Shown in pieces: positions 11,661-20,460 of a stretch of 64,000 bases of DNA (its first letter is position 1; every line of letters starts with the position of its first letter). The notes beneath the pieces are model-generated. The model was not told the origin of the DNA, did no database searches, and worked only from the letters and a program-made list of their open reading frames with translations. Source of the stretch: an uncultured virus (IMG/VR IMGVR_UViG_3300034119_000891) (taxonomy: Duplodnaviria; Heunggongvirae; Uroviricota; Caudoviricetes); the IMG/VR virus record IMGVR_UViG_3300034119_000891. One strand, written 5' to 3'. The translations under genes were made by a program, and so were the position numbers.

Positions 11661-12368
11661 TTATTTAATCAAATCTAACATTAATCTATGTTGAATTTTC
11701 TTTTTAACAATTGTATCTAAACCAACATTATCTCGTTTCAAGATTGGAACAATCTCATTACGAATCATATTACGTCTAGATCCTTTTGATATTTTATTAG
11801 TAGGATCTTCAACAACATATTTCATTAGATTATTTTTTTCTGCATATTTGATAAAATCGATTTTTTTAGTTAAACAAAATGGTTTACATGTAATATTATC
11901 ATTATCATGAATACTCCAAAATGGCATTGGTAAATAATTTTCTTTACCCCTAAAGACATTCAATAGATAACTTTCTACGAAATCATCTAGATGATGAAAA
12001 GTTATATATGTTCTATGGTAAAATAATTTTGTCATAGAATTAAATCGTAAAGAACGTAAGTAATCTTCTGTTATTTTTTGTTCAGAATCATCTTCATCTC
12101 TAGAATGAAAACTAATAGGAACATCAGGAAATAGATCTTCATGGAATTTCTTTACTGTTTTTTCCATTTCAATATTAATTTCTTGAACCTTATGATTGTA
12201 ATGATAGATAGTATAATAAAAAATATTATCTTCGTCAACAAAATTTTTCAAAAAATAATGTGCTCCAGCAATACTGTCTACACCACCACTTACTAATAAA
12301 GTAACACGATTTTTACTTTTATGTAAAGAATGTGCTTTATCAAAAATGTTTTTTTCGAATTTGATCAT
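11661..12368 (-). CDS. tilS: tRNA(Ile)-lysidine synthetase (catalytic domain only)
   Basis: SGGVDS PP-loop, HYNH, EDYLRSLRF, HHLDDFVES, EDPTN, RNMIRNEIVP. Confidence 0.9.
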   Translation of the reverse strand: MIKFEKNIFDKAHSLHKSKNRVTLLVSGGVDSIAGAHYFLKNFVDEDNIFYYTIYHYNHKVQEINIEMEKTVKKFHEDLFPDVPISFHSRDEDDSEQKITEDYLRSLRFNSMTKLFYHRTYITFHHLDDFVESYLLNVFRGKENYLPMPFWSIHDNDNITCKPFCLTKKIDFIKYAEKNNLMKYVVEDPTNKISKGSRRNMIRNEIVPILKRDNVGLDTIVKKKIQHRLMLDLIK

Positions 12369-13069
12369 TGCTTAAAATATAATAGTTTCTTTATAAAATC
12401 TAAAAGTAAATCATGATGGATACAATCTTTCCATCTATTACGTATTCTTGTTTGCCAATAAAACCAAAACTTATGAGCTTCTGGATGCGGTCCTATAACA
12501 CCCACCATGCCTTTATTATAATTCTGTATTATTGCTGCTGCGTCACCGTTTTTGTATTTTGCTATTATTCTTCCTGATATTCGTTTATATCCTCTTCTAG
12601 GAACAAAAGCTGTACCATCATCAAAATATATATTTTTTTCTTCACCCAACCAATTTACTGTTACTATATCGTGTTGTTCTTTTTTTAAAGTAGAATCTTT
12701 GCGTTTAATGTATTGTGTTGCTTTGGTATTAGACTTTAATATATTTAAATAATAATGTCCAGCTATATAAGCACCCATACAAATACCTAAGTATCTACCA
12801 CCATTTGATATATATTCTCTGATTATATTAGATTTGTCAAGTAAAAAAGAATCATCATATTGATCTGAGTCTCCCAATCCACCTCCTACCACTAAACAAT
12901 CGGTTGCGCTCAGAATTTCTTTAGACAATTCTACAGGTGGGTAACTGTTTGGTCCAACTAATTTCACCGAAAACCCAGCATTTTTTAAAATCTCATACAC
13001 ACCATCCGCGCAGTCTATGCTGAACGCAGGGTGTTCTACGTACACTAGAAAGGATGGTTTCTTTCTCAC
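12365..13069 (-). CDS. BPL_N-like / class I glutamine amidotransferase-like protein
   Basis: GGRYLGICMGAY nucleophile elbow and GPHPE. Confidence 0.8.
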   Translation of the reverse strand: MRKKPSFLVYVEHPAFSIDCADGVYEILKNAGFSVKLVGPNSYPPVELSKEILSATDCLVVGGGLGDSDQYDDSFLLDKSNIIREYISNGGRYLGICMGAYIAGHYYLNILKSNTKATQYIKRKDSTLKKEQHDIVTVNWLGEEKNIYFDDGTAFVPRRGYKRISGRIIAKYKNGDAAAIIQNYNKGMVGVIGPHPEAHKFWFYWQTRIRNRWKDCIHHDLLLDFIKKLLYFKQ

Positions 13070-13163
13070 ATAGTATATCTTATATCAAGATTTAAAATAG
13101 TCAATCAAAAATCAGATATTGTAAATCCTATAAGCAACAAAGAAAAGATAACCATTAACAGAA

Positions 13164-14441
13164 TTAGCATAATAAATCCGTAACTACACGACCACCTTTT
13201 ACTATTGGTATAGGTCTTCCACCATCAGCCATCAAATTCTTATCGGGATCAACACCCATTTGATTGTATATTGTAGCTGCTAAATTTTCAACTGTCAATG
13301 GATTTTCTTCAACATCACTTCCTGTTGCATCAGAAGATCCATAAACATAACCTTTTTTAAATCCTCCTCCAGCAAATACAACAGAGAAAACTCTAGGCCA
13401 ATGATCCCGACCTGCATCTTTGTTAATCTTTGGAGTACGACCAAATTCAGAACTGATCATTACCAATGTAGAATCCAACATTCCACGTTGTTCTAGATCG
13501 TTAATCAACATAGCATATGCTTGATCAAATGGTGGTAATTGATTAGCTATACCTTTTCCTATACTGGTATGCATATCCCATCCTCCGTAAGTTACAGATA
13601 CATATCGCACACCAGATTCTACCAATCTACGTGCCATCAATAATCTTTGTCCTGCTTGGTTTAATCCGTATTGTTCACGAAGTTTAGTGGATTCTTTATC
13701 TAGATTAAAAGCTTCTCTTGCTTCGGGTGAAGCAATTAAATCATATGCCTTTTGATAAAAAGAATCCATAGCTGCCACTGCATCTGAATTATTTAAATAT
13801 TTAAAATGGCTATCTACAGTTTCTAATATGTTTCTACGTTTATTAAATCTATCTTGAGATACATTTTCGTGTAAATTCAAATCACGAACTTTAAACTTTT
13901 CGCTAGCAGGATCAGAACCTAATGAGAATGGTCCATATGCCTTAGATAAGAAACCAGAATCTGTTGGGTCATTACCGTTATTGGTTAGTTTCTGTGGTAC
14001 GAACACATAAGCGGGTAGATTCTTTCTATCACCTAATTCATGAGAAATAACAGAACCAAACGAAGGATACTCTAAAGCTGGTGAAGGACGGTAACCAGTA
14101 AACATACTAGTGGTACCTCTTTCGTGTGCGGCTTCACCGTGAGTCATAGATCGTACCACTGTGATTTTATCTGCTATTTTAGCAGTTTTAGTTAAGTATT
14201 CAGAAAAATGTACACCTTTTATAGAAGTAGGTATTGATTTTAGTGGTCCTCGATATTCAGAAGGTGCGTTTGGATGAGGATCGAAAGTTTCTTGTGCGGC
14301 AAAACCACCTGGAAGGTAGATGTGGATTATAGACTGTGCTTTTTGTTTAAGTGATGATTCAGCTTGTAATTTAAATATATCACCCATTGATAAACCTAAA
14401 CCACCTATAAGCCCAGTGTAAAGGAAATCTCTACGATTCAT
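13164..14441 (-). CDS. DUF1501-family protein with twin-arginine signal
   Basis: MNRRDFL; IHIYLPGG..QETFDP; ARRLVESGVRYV; GGWDMH; SEFGRTPKIN; GRDHWP. Confidence 0.92.
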   Translation of the reverse strand: MNRRDFLYTGLIGGLGLSMGDIFKLQAESSLKQKAQSIIHIYLPGGFAAQETFDPHPNAPSEYRGPLKSIPTSIKGVHFSEYLTKTAKIADKITVVRSMTHGEAAHERGTTSMFTGYRPSPALEYPSFGSVISHELGDRKNLPAYVFVPQKLTNNGNDPTDSGFLSKAYGPFSLGSDPASEKFKVRDLNLHENVSQDRFNKRRNILETVDSHFKYLNNSDAVAAMDSFYQKAYDLIASPEAREAFNLDKESTKLREQYGLNQAGQRLLMARRLVESGVRYVSVTYGGWDMHTSIGKGIANQLPPFDQAYAMLINDLEQRGMLDSTLVMISSEFGRTPKINKDAGRDHWPRVFSVVFAGGGFKKGYVYGSSDATGSDVEENPLTVENLAATIYNQMGVDPDKNLMADGGRPIPIVKGGRVVTDLLC

Positions 14442-14494
14442 AATTGTATTTAGCTTTTTAAATATAATTTATACATATCTAACTAAATATAAGT

Positions 14495-14773
14495 ATGAAA
14501 TTTGATGAACTATTCGAAAGAATGGAATTGTTGGAAGAATCCAATTCCAAATGCACTAAAGTAACTAAAAAAGCTAGCTCCACTCGTAAAGGAAAAAAGT
14601 GGATGAAATGTGCTAAACAATCAGATGGAAGTATTAAACGTATACATTGGGGTCAAGCAGGAGTACGTGTTGGAAGTGGTAGATCAAAAAGAGCTAAATC
14701 TTTCAAAGCTAGACACAAATGTTCGTCTGCTAAAAAAGGAAGCGCAAATGCAATGAGTTGCAAAGATTGGTAA
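14495..14773 (+). CDS. Small basic late protein
   Basis: TAAATA-N5-ATG; K/R-rich with IHWGQAG...SFKARHKC. Confidence 0.75.
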   Translation: MKFDELFERMELLEESNSKCTKVTKKASSTRKGKKWMKCAKQSDGSIKRIHWGQAGVRVGSGRSKRAKSFKARHKCSSAKKGSANAMSCKDW

Positions 14774-14830
14774 TAATATATCTTGACATTTAATATTAAA
14801 TATTATATATTATTTTAAATAAATAAAATT

Positions 14831-14938
14831 ATGGCTAAAATCACAAGACAACGAGTAACAGAAAAAAAGGTTCGTGGAGTAAAAATTCGTAAAACTGTTA
14901 CCGTAACGATTACTAAGAATCGTAGAAAAAAGAAATAA
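14831..14938 (+). CDS. 35-aa Arg/Lys-rich peptide (absent from ORF track)
   Basis: MAKITRQRVTEKKVRGVKIRKTVTVTITKNRRKKK*, TAAATA-N5-ATG; abuts rmlC. Confidence 0.65.
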   Translation: MAKITRQRVTEKKVRGVKIRKTVTVTITKNRRKKK

Positions 14939-14941
14939 AGA

Positions 14942-15475
14942 ATGGATATCTTTCCTACATCCATTCCTGATGTACTTTTAATATCCCCTAAAGTTCATAA
15001 AGACGATAGGGGATATTTTTTGGAATCTTTTAATCAAAAGTATTTTCCTAATAAATCTTTTGTTCAAGATAACCAATCGCATTCACAAAAGAATACTATT
15101 AGAGGATTACATTATCAAGTAGTAAAACCACAAGCTAAACTTGTTCGAGTGGTTAAAGGTTGTATTCTTGATGTAGCAGTAGATATAAGAAAAGATTCAC
15201 CTACATTTAAAAAGTTTGTAGCAGTTGAATTATCTTCAGATAACTTTAACCAATTGTATATTCCAGAAGGATTTGCTCATGGGTTTCAAGTTTTATCTGA
15301 TGAAGCTGAAGTTCTTTATAAGACTACAGAATATTGGTACAAAGAGCATGATCGTTCTATCCACTTTCTAGATCCAGAATTAAACATTCCTTGGAAGATA
15401 GACGAATTAGATTCTATAAAGATTTCATCCAAAGATCAATCTGCTGTAAATTTAAATAAAGCAGAAATATTTTAA
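14942..15475 (+). CDS. rmlC: dTDP-4-dehydrorhamnose 3,5-epimerase
   Basis: DDRGYFLESF, FVQDNQSHS, RGLHYQ, QAKLVRV, DVAVDIR, GFAHGF. Confidence 0.95.
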   Translation: MDIFPTSIPDVLLISPKVHKDDRGYFLESFNQKYFPNKSFVQDNQSHSQKNTIRGLHYQVVKPQAKLVRVVKGCILDVAVDIRKDSPTFKKFVAVELSSDNFNQLYIPEGFAHGFQVLSDEAEVLYKTTEYWYKEHDRSIHFLDPELNIPWKIDELDSIKISSKDQSAVNLNKAEIF

Positions 15476-16629
15476 TTAGTAAAAATCGGCAATACAAACC
15501 CATGCTTTAATGCAAAAAGCATATATTTATGTTTATCATAAATCCTAAAAAATCTTTTGTATTTATGATTATTAATAATAATACTATGATAGGTAAAACC
15601 TAAATGTTTTCTAAAATATCTATTCGAATTTTTTTTCTTAAAACAATCCCATGTATTATATCCGTTAATTGTTTTTAAATTAAAACGCTCAATAACATCT
15701 AATGCACCTTTTTGAATTATTTTATAAAAATCGAAAATGTTAGTCATGTCGATTTCTATGTAAGTTTTATCCATAAAACTAAGAAAAATAAATAGAATGA
15801 CATAACGTATAAGTTACATCCAATTAATATAACAAAGAAAACATTCATTAGAATGTTTAAAATGTTTTCAAGCTTTTTGTTTATCTTAAATTTCCACATC
15901 TTAGATGGGTCCATAATAAGCTTTTTGATCTGCACGTTCTGCACTCGATTCAATCTCAGCTTCGATGTTTTCAGACAAGCCTAGAAGCCAAGCTTCATTC
16001 CAAATATCTAAACATGATTGAGAAAGATCTTTGTATTCTACAGTCTCAATAATTTTGTCAAATTCTTCATCACTAGTAATCTCACCCCAGATCTGTTCAA
16101 ACCAATGATTAGGAATGCTTGGACCACAGTTTTTCTCCCAATCAATTTTGTAATAATTTAAAATAGATTCAATTTGTTCGTTAGTTGGTACAAGTAACGA
16201 ATTGTTTTCATCCCCTTCAACATACCAAATTTCTTCACTAATCTTACTGATAGCGTTCTTAAGAGTTTCAGTCAATTCAGCATAGCGTTGTTGGTTTTTC
16301 ATAAAGTAATGGTTGTTGTGGTGTTAACGCTAACCCTTCAGAAGTTCCAACGCAAGAATTTTTTCGATCTGTCTACCAATATTTTTTTCACGTAAAATGT
16401 ACCTAGTTGTATTTGCCGCGTGTCCATTAATCAAAACATCAAGTGGAACATTTCTATCAACTTCTAAAATATATCCACCCACAGCATTAATCAATCGCAT
16501 ATTCAATCCTTTTTTATCTGATTTAATACTATCGTTCATGGAATATGCTCCGATTGATGGTAATGGTGTGTTTGTGATTGATGTATTTAAATTTGATGTA
16601 TTATTAGTATTTGTAATGGTATGATACAT
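15472..16629 (-). CDS. Hypothetical ORFs 15472-15774, 15901-16302, 16330-16629
   Basis: ORF track; contiguous arrangement. Confidence 0.65.
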
Positions 16630-16641
16630 AAGATGTTATAG

Positions 16642-16730
16642 CGATCTTGGTAAGATTCGAACTTACAGCGTGCCTGTTACAGCAATTGGGGTAGAAACCC
16701 AAGCCCTTCATCCATTCGGGTCACAAGATC
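16642..16730 (-). tRNA. tRNA with UCU anticodon (nominally Arg) and long variable arm
   Basis: Acceptor GAUCUUG/CAAGAUC, G73, anticodon stem UUGGG/CCCAA, loop UU-UCU-AC, ~19-nt variable region, T arm GUAAG-UUCGAAU-CUUAC; CCA not encoded. Confidence 0.85.
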
Positions 16731-16792
16731 TTTTATTTACTCTAAGAAGCTTATCATATATTTTAAATAATACAAGAAGTTTTTTCTTAAAA

Positions 16793-17113
16793 TTAATTCT
16801 TAAGATTTATAATATATAAACCTACACACAATAACATCACACCAAACGATTGTGTTAACGTGATTTTTTCATTAAGAAAATGCATTGTGAAAATACCTGT
16901 AAATGCACCAATAGCACTGCACCATGCAGAAAATTCGTACAACGACATTTCACCATATTTCGCTGCATACGAAAATATGAACATGTAAAATATACTGGGA
17001 AAAAACGTAAGAAACCTATTGTAATCTAGATACCTAACCAAATAATTTATATATGTAGAGAAAATACACACTAAACCAAACACAATCAAAATTAAATAAT
17101 CAACCCTTTTCAT
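16793..17113 (-). CDS. Small multi-pass membrane protein (EamA/SMR-like)
   Basis: About 4 hydrophobic segments; FLNEKITLTQSFGVML. Confidence 0.55.
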   Translation of the reverse strand: MKRVDYLILIVFGLVCIFSTYINYLVRYLDYNRFLTFFPSIFYMFIFSYAAKYGEMSLYEFSAWCSAIGAFTGIFTMHFLNEKITLTQSFGVMLLCVGLYIINLKN

Positions 17114-17438
17114 TTAAAAGCCATACTAAAACGTAATTAGATTTTACATACAGGATGTATTTTGGTTGAACATTTAATTTTGTTAATTTTATTCTCTCGC
17201 TCTTTTTCTGTTAGAGCAATCATTATTTTTTGTGTGTTAATAAGAAGTTCTTTTTTACGATTCAAAACTTCTTTAATTTGATTCGAAAGAATTTCCAAAT
17301 CTCGAATACTATAGGATTCGAATGATTGTGTGTCGATTTTCATACGACGAAAAATAGCATAAAATATAAGAACGTCAAGAATGAAAAGTGGTAGGTGAAA
17401 AATTAAAAAATAGAAGTATATAACTTATTAAGTGAAAG

Positions 17439-17523
17439 TGGGTTATCTAGGTAACGATCCTAGCCATACCGTTAGGTAACTTCTTTTACAGAGAAGTCCG
17501 CGTCCTTAGCGGGTTACTAACCC
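17439..17523 (-). tRNA. tRNA-Tyr(GUA)
   Basis: GGGUUAG/AUAACCC acceptor, CUUCU-CU GUA AA-AGAAG, variable hairpin UACC-UAAC-GGUA, T-loop AUCGUUA, A73. Confidence 0.85.
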
Positions 17524-17551
17524 ATTTTTTGTAAGTTTTTTGATTATAAAG

Positions 17552-17808
17552 CAGTAGTGGATGGGCTCGAACCATCTTCAATCGGTTACATTTAACCCAC
17601 AAGTTTTAATTTCCTGTGGAATGGACTTTGTCTTCATCCTTATAGGATGTCCCGTGTAAAGTCTCTACACTTGCCTGATCTTTCGATCTGCTAGCTCGGC
17701 ATTGGCATTTCAGCGTTTACCGAATTAGCGGGATTTTTCATATATCATTGCTGATATAAGCTGCCGTATTTAACAGCCGATCCGCCCAACCATGGTGCGT
17801 TCACTACT
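17552..17808 (-). tRNA. tRNA-Asn(GUU) interrupted by a group I intron (exons 17808-17773 and 17588-17552)
   Basis: Joining the exons gives AUCGG-CU GUU AA-CCGAU; acceptor AGUAGUG/CACUACU; T arm GAUGG-UUCGAGC-CCAUC; G73. Confidence 0.9.
17589..17772 (-). mobile_element. ORF-less group I intron, 184 nt, at anticodon position 35/36
   Basis: P1 GGCUGU/GCAGCU with U:G at the splice site; P3 CCCG/CGGG; P4 UUCGGU/GCCGAG; P7 GACUUU/AAAGUC (S = AAGACAAAGUCC); P8, P9; terminal G. Confidence 0.9.
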
Positions 17809-17865
17809 ATATTTAAAAGAACAAACATAAGTTTTTTTAACTTACTCTAATAATTTATCACAACA

Positions 17866-18681
17866 TCATTCATTTGTCAACTGATATTCGGAATAATATT
17901 CATGCGATGTCGAAAGATTTGAAAAAAATTGTGGAAGATTTTTAATAGTTTGTTTATCAATAATTAATAGCTTTCTAGGAAACTGTTTCCACTTCTCATA
18001 ATCTTTTGGTTTTGTTCTTCCTTTAACTTCTATGAACACATCAAAATCTTTTAAATAAAAGTCAGGAAAGTATTCATGATTTTGTCCTTCAAATATATAA
18101 GTGAAATGTTCTTTAGATTTACACCAATGAATTTTTTGTTCATCCATATATTTGGCTACTTTTAATTCCCAACCAGCATGTAATATTTCTTCATTACCTA
18201 ACCACGAAACATGATGATAAATTTTATACAATCTATGACCATCCGAACGATATTTTATTTTTCCTTCAACAATAGCTTTAGAAATACCTTTGCTAATCTT
18301 CTCTTTTTGTGATTTAGTTAATTTGAGATTATCATACTTTCCACGCAATCTAGCAGTTTCGGTTTTAGATCTAGTTTTTAGATAACCTTCTTTAATATAT
18401 CTAGCTAATCTATGACTTGATAAATTATATTGTTTTTGAACATCTCTATATGAATGATTATCGTCATAATATGCTTGGATTTCTTTCCAATTTAAAGAAG
18501 CTAAATTAGCTTTATATATATCACTATTATAGTTCTCGTAAATTTTAAGTTTATTAGACTTTCTAACAGCATGTGAAGGTTTTCCATTACATATAGCAAT
18601 ATGTTTTTTTATATTATTATTCGAAATTAGGCAATTACATATAGTACATAAATTGGTAGGCCTTACATGATTTGTATTCAT
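17866..18681 (-). CDS. Putative free-standing homing endonuclease (PD-(D/E)XK)
   Basis: N-terminal CxxC..H..C; NUMOD3-like LTKSQKEKISKG; C-terminal WELKVAKYMD...YFPDFYL...IEVKG. Confidence 0.75.
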   Translation of the reverse strand: MNTNHVRPTNLCTICNCLISNNNIKKHIAICNGKPSHAVRKSNKLKIYENYNSDIYKANLASLNWKEIQAYYDDNHSYRDVQKQYNLSSHRLARYIKEGYLKTRSKTETARLRGKYDNLKLTKSQKEKISKGISKAIVEGKIKYRSDGHRLYKIYHHVSWLGNEEILHAGWELKVAKYMDEQKIHWCKSKEHFTYIFEGQNHEYFPDFYLKDFDVFIEVKGRTKPKDYEKWKQFPRKLLIIDKQTIKNLPQFFSNLSTSHEYYSEYQLTNE

Positions 18682-18736
18682 GTAAGTATTTATTCAAATA
18701 GCTAGACAATATAAGAGCAAGATTAAGTTTTAAATC

Positions 18737-18781
18737 AAAAAAAAACTCCTAGCTGTAACTTATAATACAACTAGGAGTTTT
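18737..18781 (-). terminator. Intrinsic terminator downstream of tRNA(CAU)
   Basis: aactcctag..tgta / taca..ctaggagtt stem followed by 9 U on the minus strand. Confidence 0.75.
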
Positions 18782-18785
18782 AAAG

Positions 18786-18863
18786 TGGTGCGAGTAGTGG
18801 GTAACGATCCCACGAAATCACCCGTTTATGAGACGGGGGCTGTACCAATCTAGCTTTACTCGC
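18786..18863 (-). tRNA. tRNA(CAU): elongator Met or Ile2
   Basis: GCGAGUA/UACUCGC-A-CCA; CCCGU-CU CAU AA-ACGGG; T-loop AUCGUUA; paired G1-C72 excludes the initiator tRNA. Confidence 0.85.
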
Positions 18864-19346
18864 TTAAAATCAACTACTTATATAAATTTTAAAAGATCAT
18901 TCAAACCCACCGACCCTTACTATGTTTACTATATTACCACACTCACTTCACATTGTCCACATTTTTTTTGGACTTTCTGAATTTTTTTAGAGGGAAACTT
19001 CCTTCTAAGATCGATTCATTGCTAGGAATCTACCACAAGAGACCCTTGTTGTCAACCTGCTGTTTGAAAATATTCGTTTTTTTCCATGAATTTGTCGAAA
19101 GCTTCTTGGAAGTCGTCGAACTCTTTTTCTGTGATATTCACGGCTTTTAGTCGATCTTGAAAATCAAAATTCACATCTACTTCACCATTTGCATGGAAAA
19201 GCACAGTATAGTAAAACTTACCGAACTTTTCGTTTTTAAATAGGAATTCCAATTTAACCTCTTGTGATTTAGATAAAAGTTCTACTTGCATTAAATTATA
19301 TTATCATTATACGGAAATTTAATCAATAATTAAAATAAATAATATA

Positions 19347-19826
19347 GTGGATCTAATTACGAAACTGTTTAACTCGAACGAGATTGATATAATTAAATCA
19401 TTATATGAAGATCCAGTTACTCATGATTCTTTATTGGTTGTTATAGGATCAAGAGTGATAGAAAAATCCGAAGTATTTTTATCTGAAAACCCACTAGACA
19501 CTTTCATGTTGATTTGTGGTACGGCAAATTTTGCCGATAACATTGATGAATGCAATACTGTTGCTGTAATTGTTTATAACAGATTAAAAGAATCTAATCC
19601 ACTTCCTATGTTCACCGAAGATAAAGGTATGGATTTAGCAGAAAAATGTTTAACGTCACTATCTTTCTTTAGAAAAGCATTAGAACATAGAAACATTTAC
19701 CATGGGGCACCAAAACCTGATTGGTATAGATCTATATCTAAGAATTTATTCGCTAACAATAACATGATGAATATAGCTGATCATCATGAAAAATGGGAAG
19801 CTTTCTTCGAGGAAATATTTATTTAG
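19347..19826 (+). CDS. Hypothetical late protein
   Basis: TAAATA-N5-GTG. Confidence 0.7.
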   Translation: MDLITKLFNSNEIDIIKSLYEDPVTHDSLLVVIGSRVIEKSEVFLSENPLDTFMLICGTANFADNIDECNTVAVIVYNRLKESNPLPMFTEDKGMDLAEKCLTSLSFFRKALEHRNIYHGAPKPDWYRSISKNLFANNNMMNIADHHEKWEAFFEEIFI

Positions 19827-19869
19827 ACGTAAAGTCAACAAAATCAACAGTTTTTAGATAAATAATAAT

Positions 19870-20460
19870 ATGAAGAAGTTTTTATTCTTCGTATCAATAT
19901 TTTTGTTATCAAACCTTAATACGTTGGTAGCATCAAATGATACCTCGTTCTTTATAAAAAGAGCTTACTTAGATACTATAGGTATTATACCATCTACAGA
20001 AGAGATAGAATGGTATTGTGTATACAATAGTGGTGACAGTTATAAATTAGCTGTGGAGACTTTAGTTAAACATCCGAAATTCTCTTGGAATATGTCTATT
20101 GCACAAGCCAAAGAGATATTGCTGTCCGAACATTATAAACACTCAGCAAAACGAACATTAACAAAGGAACAAGTAACAAAAAATCTTTTTTATGTGGTTG
20201 GTATTTCATTAGACACAAAAATAAATAACGATTCAATACAATTATCTAAAAATAAATTAATACAAAATGCATTAAAATATGCTGACAGTGATATTCCAGA
20301 AGCCATAGATTACATGGCAAACTGTTTAATGTGTAGGAACACAAATGTAAAGGAAATAAATGAATTACTGAAGATATATAGAAGTATTAAAACTGAAAAA
20401 GAAGCATTGTTAACTGTTCTAGATGCTATATTAGAACTAGAAGATGTCAACACATATTAA
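19870..20460 (+). CDS. Secreted DUF1549-like protein
   Basis: Signal peptide; FIKRAYLDTIGIIPSTEEI resembles the DUF1549 'F.RR.YLD..G..P..EE' motif. Confidence 0.6.
   Translation: MKKFLFFVSIFLLSNLNTLVASNDTSFFIKRAYLDTIGIIPSTEEIEWYCVYNSGDSYKLAVETLVKHPKFSWNMSIAQAKEILLSEHYKHSAKRTLTKEQVTKNLFYVVGISLDTKINNDSIQLSKNKLIQNALKYADSDIPEAIDYMANCLMCRNTNVKEINELLKIYRSIKTEKEALLTVLDAILELEDVNTY

Noticed and set aside
16691..16697. Amber-suppressor reading (CUA) of the anticodon loop
   Set aside because: The 5-bp stem fixes a 7-nt loop UU-UCU-AC, so CUA is off-register.
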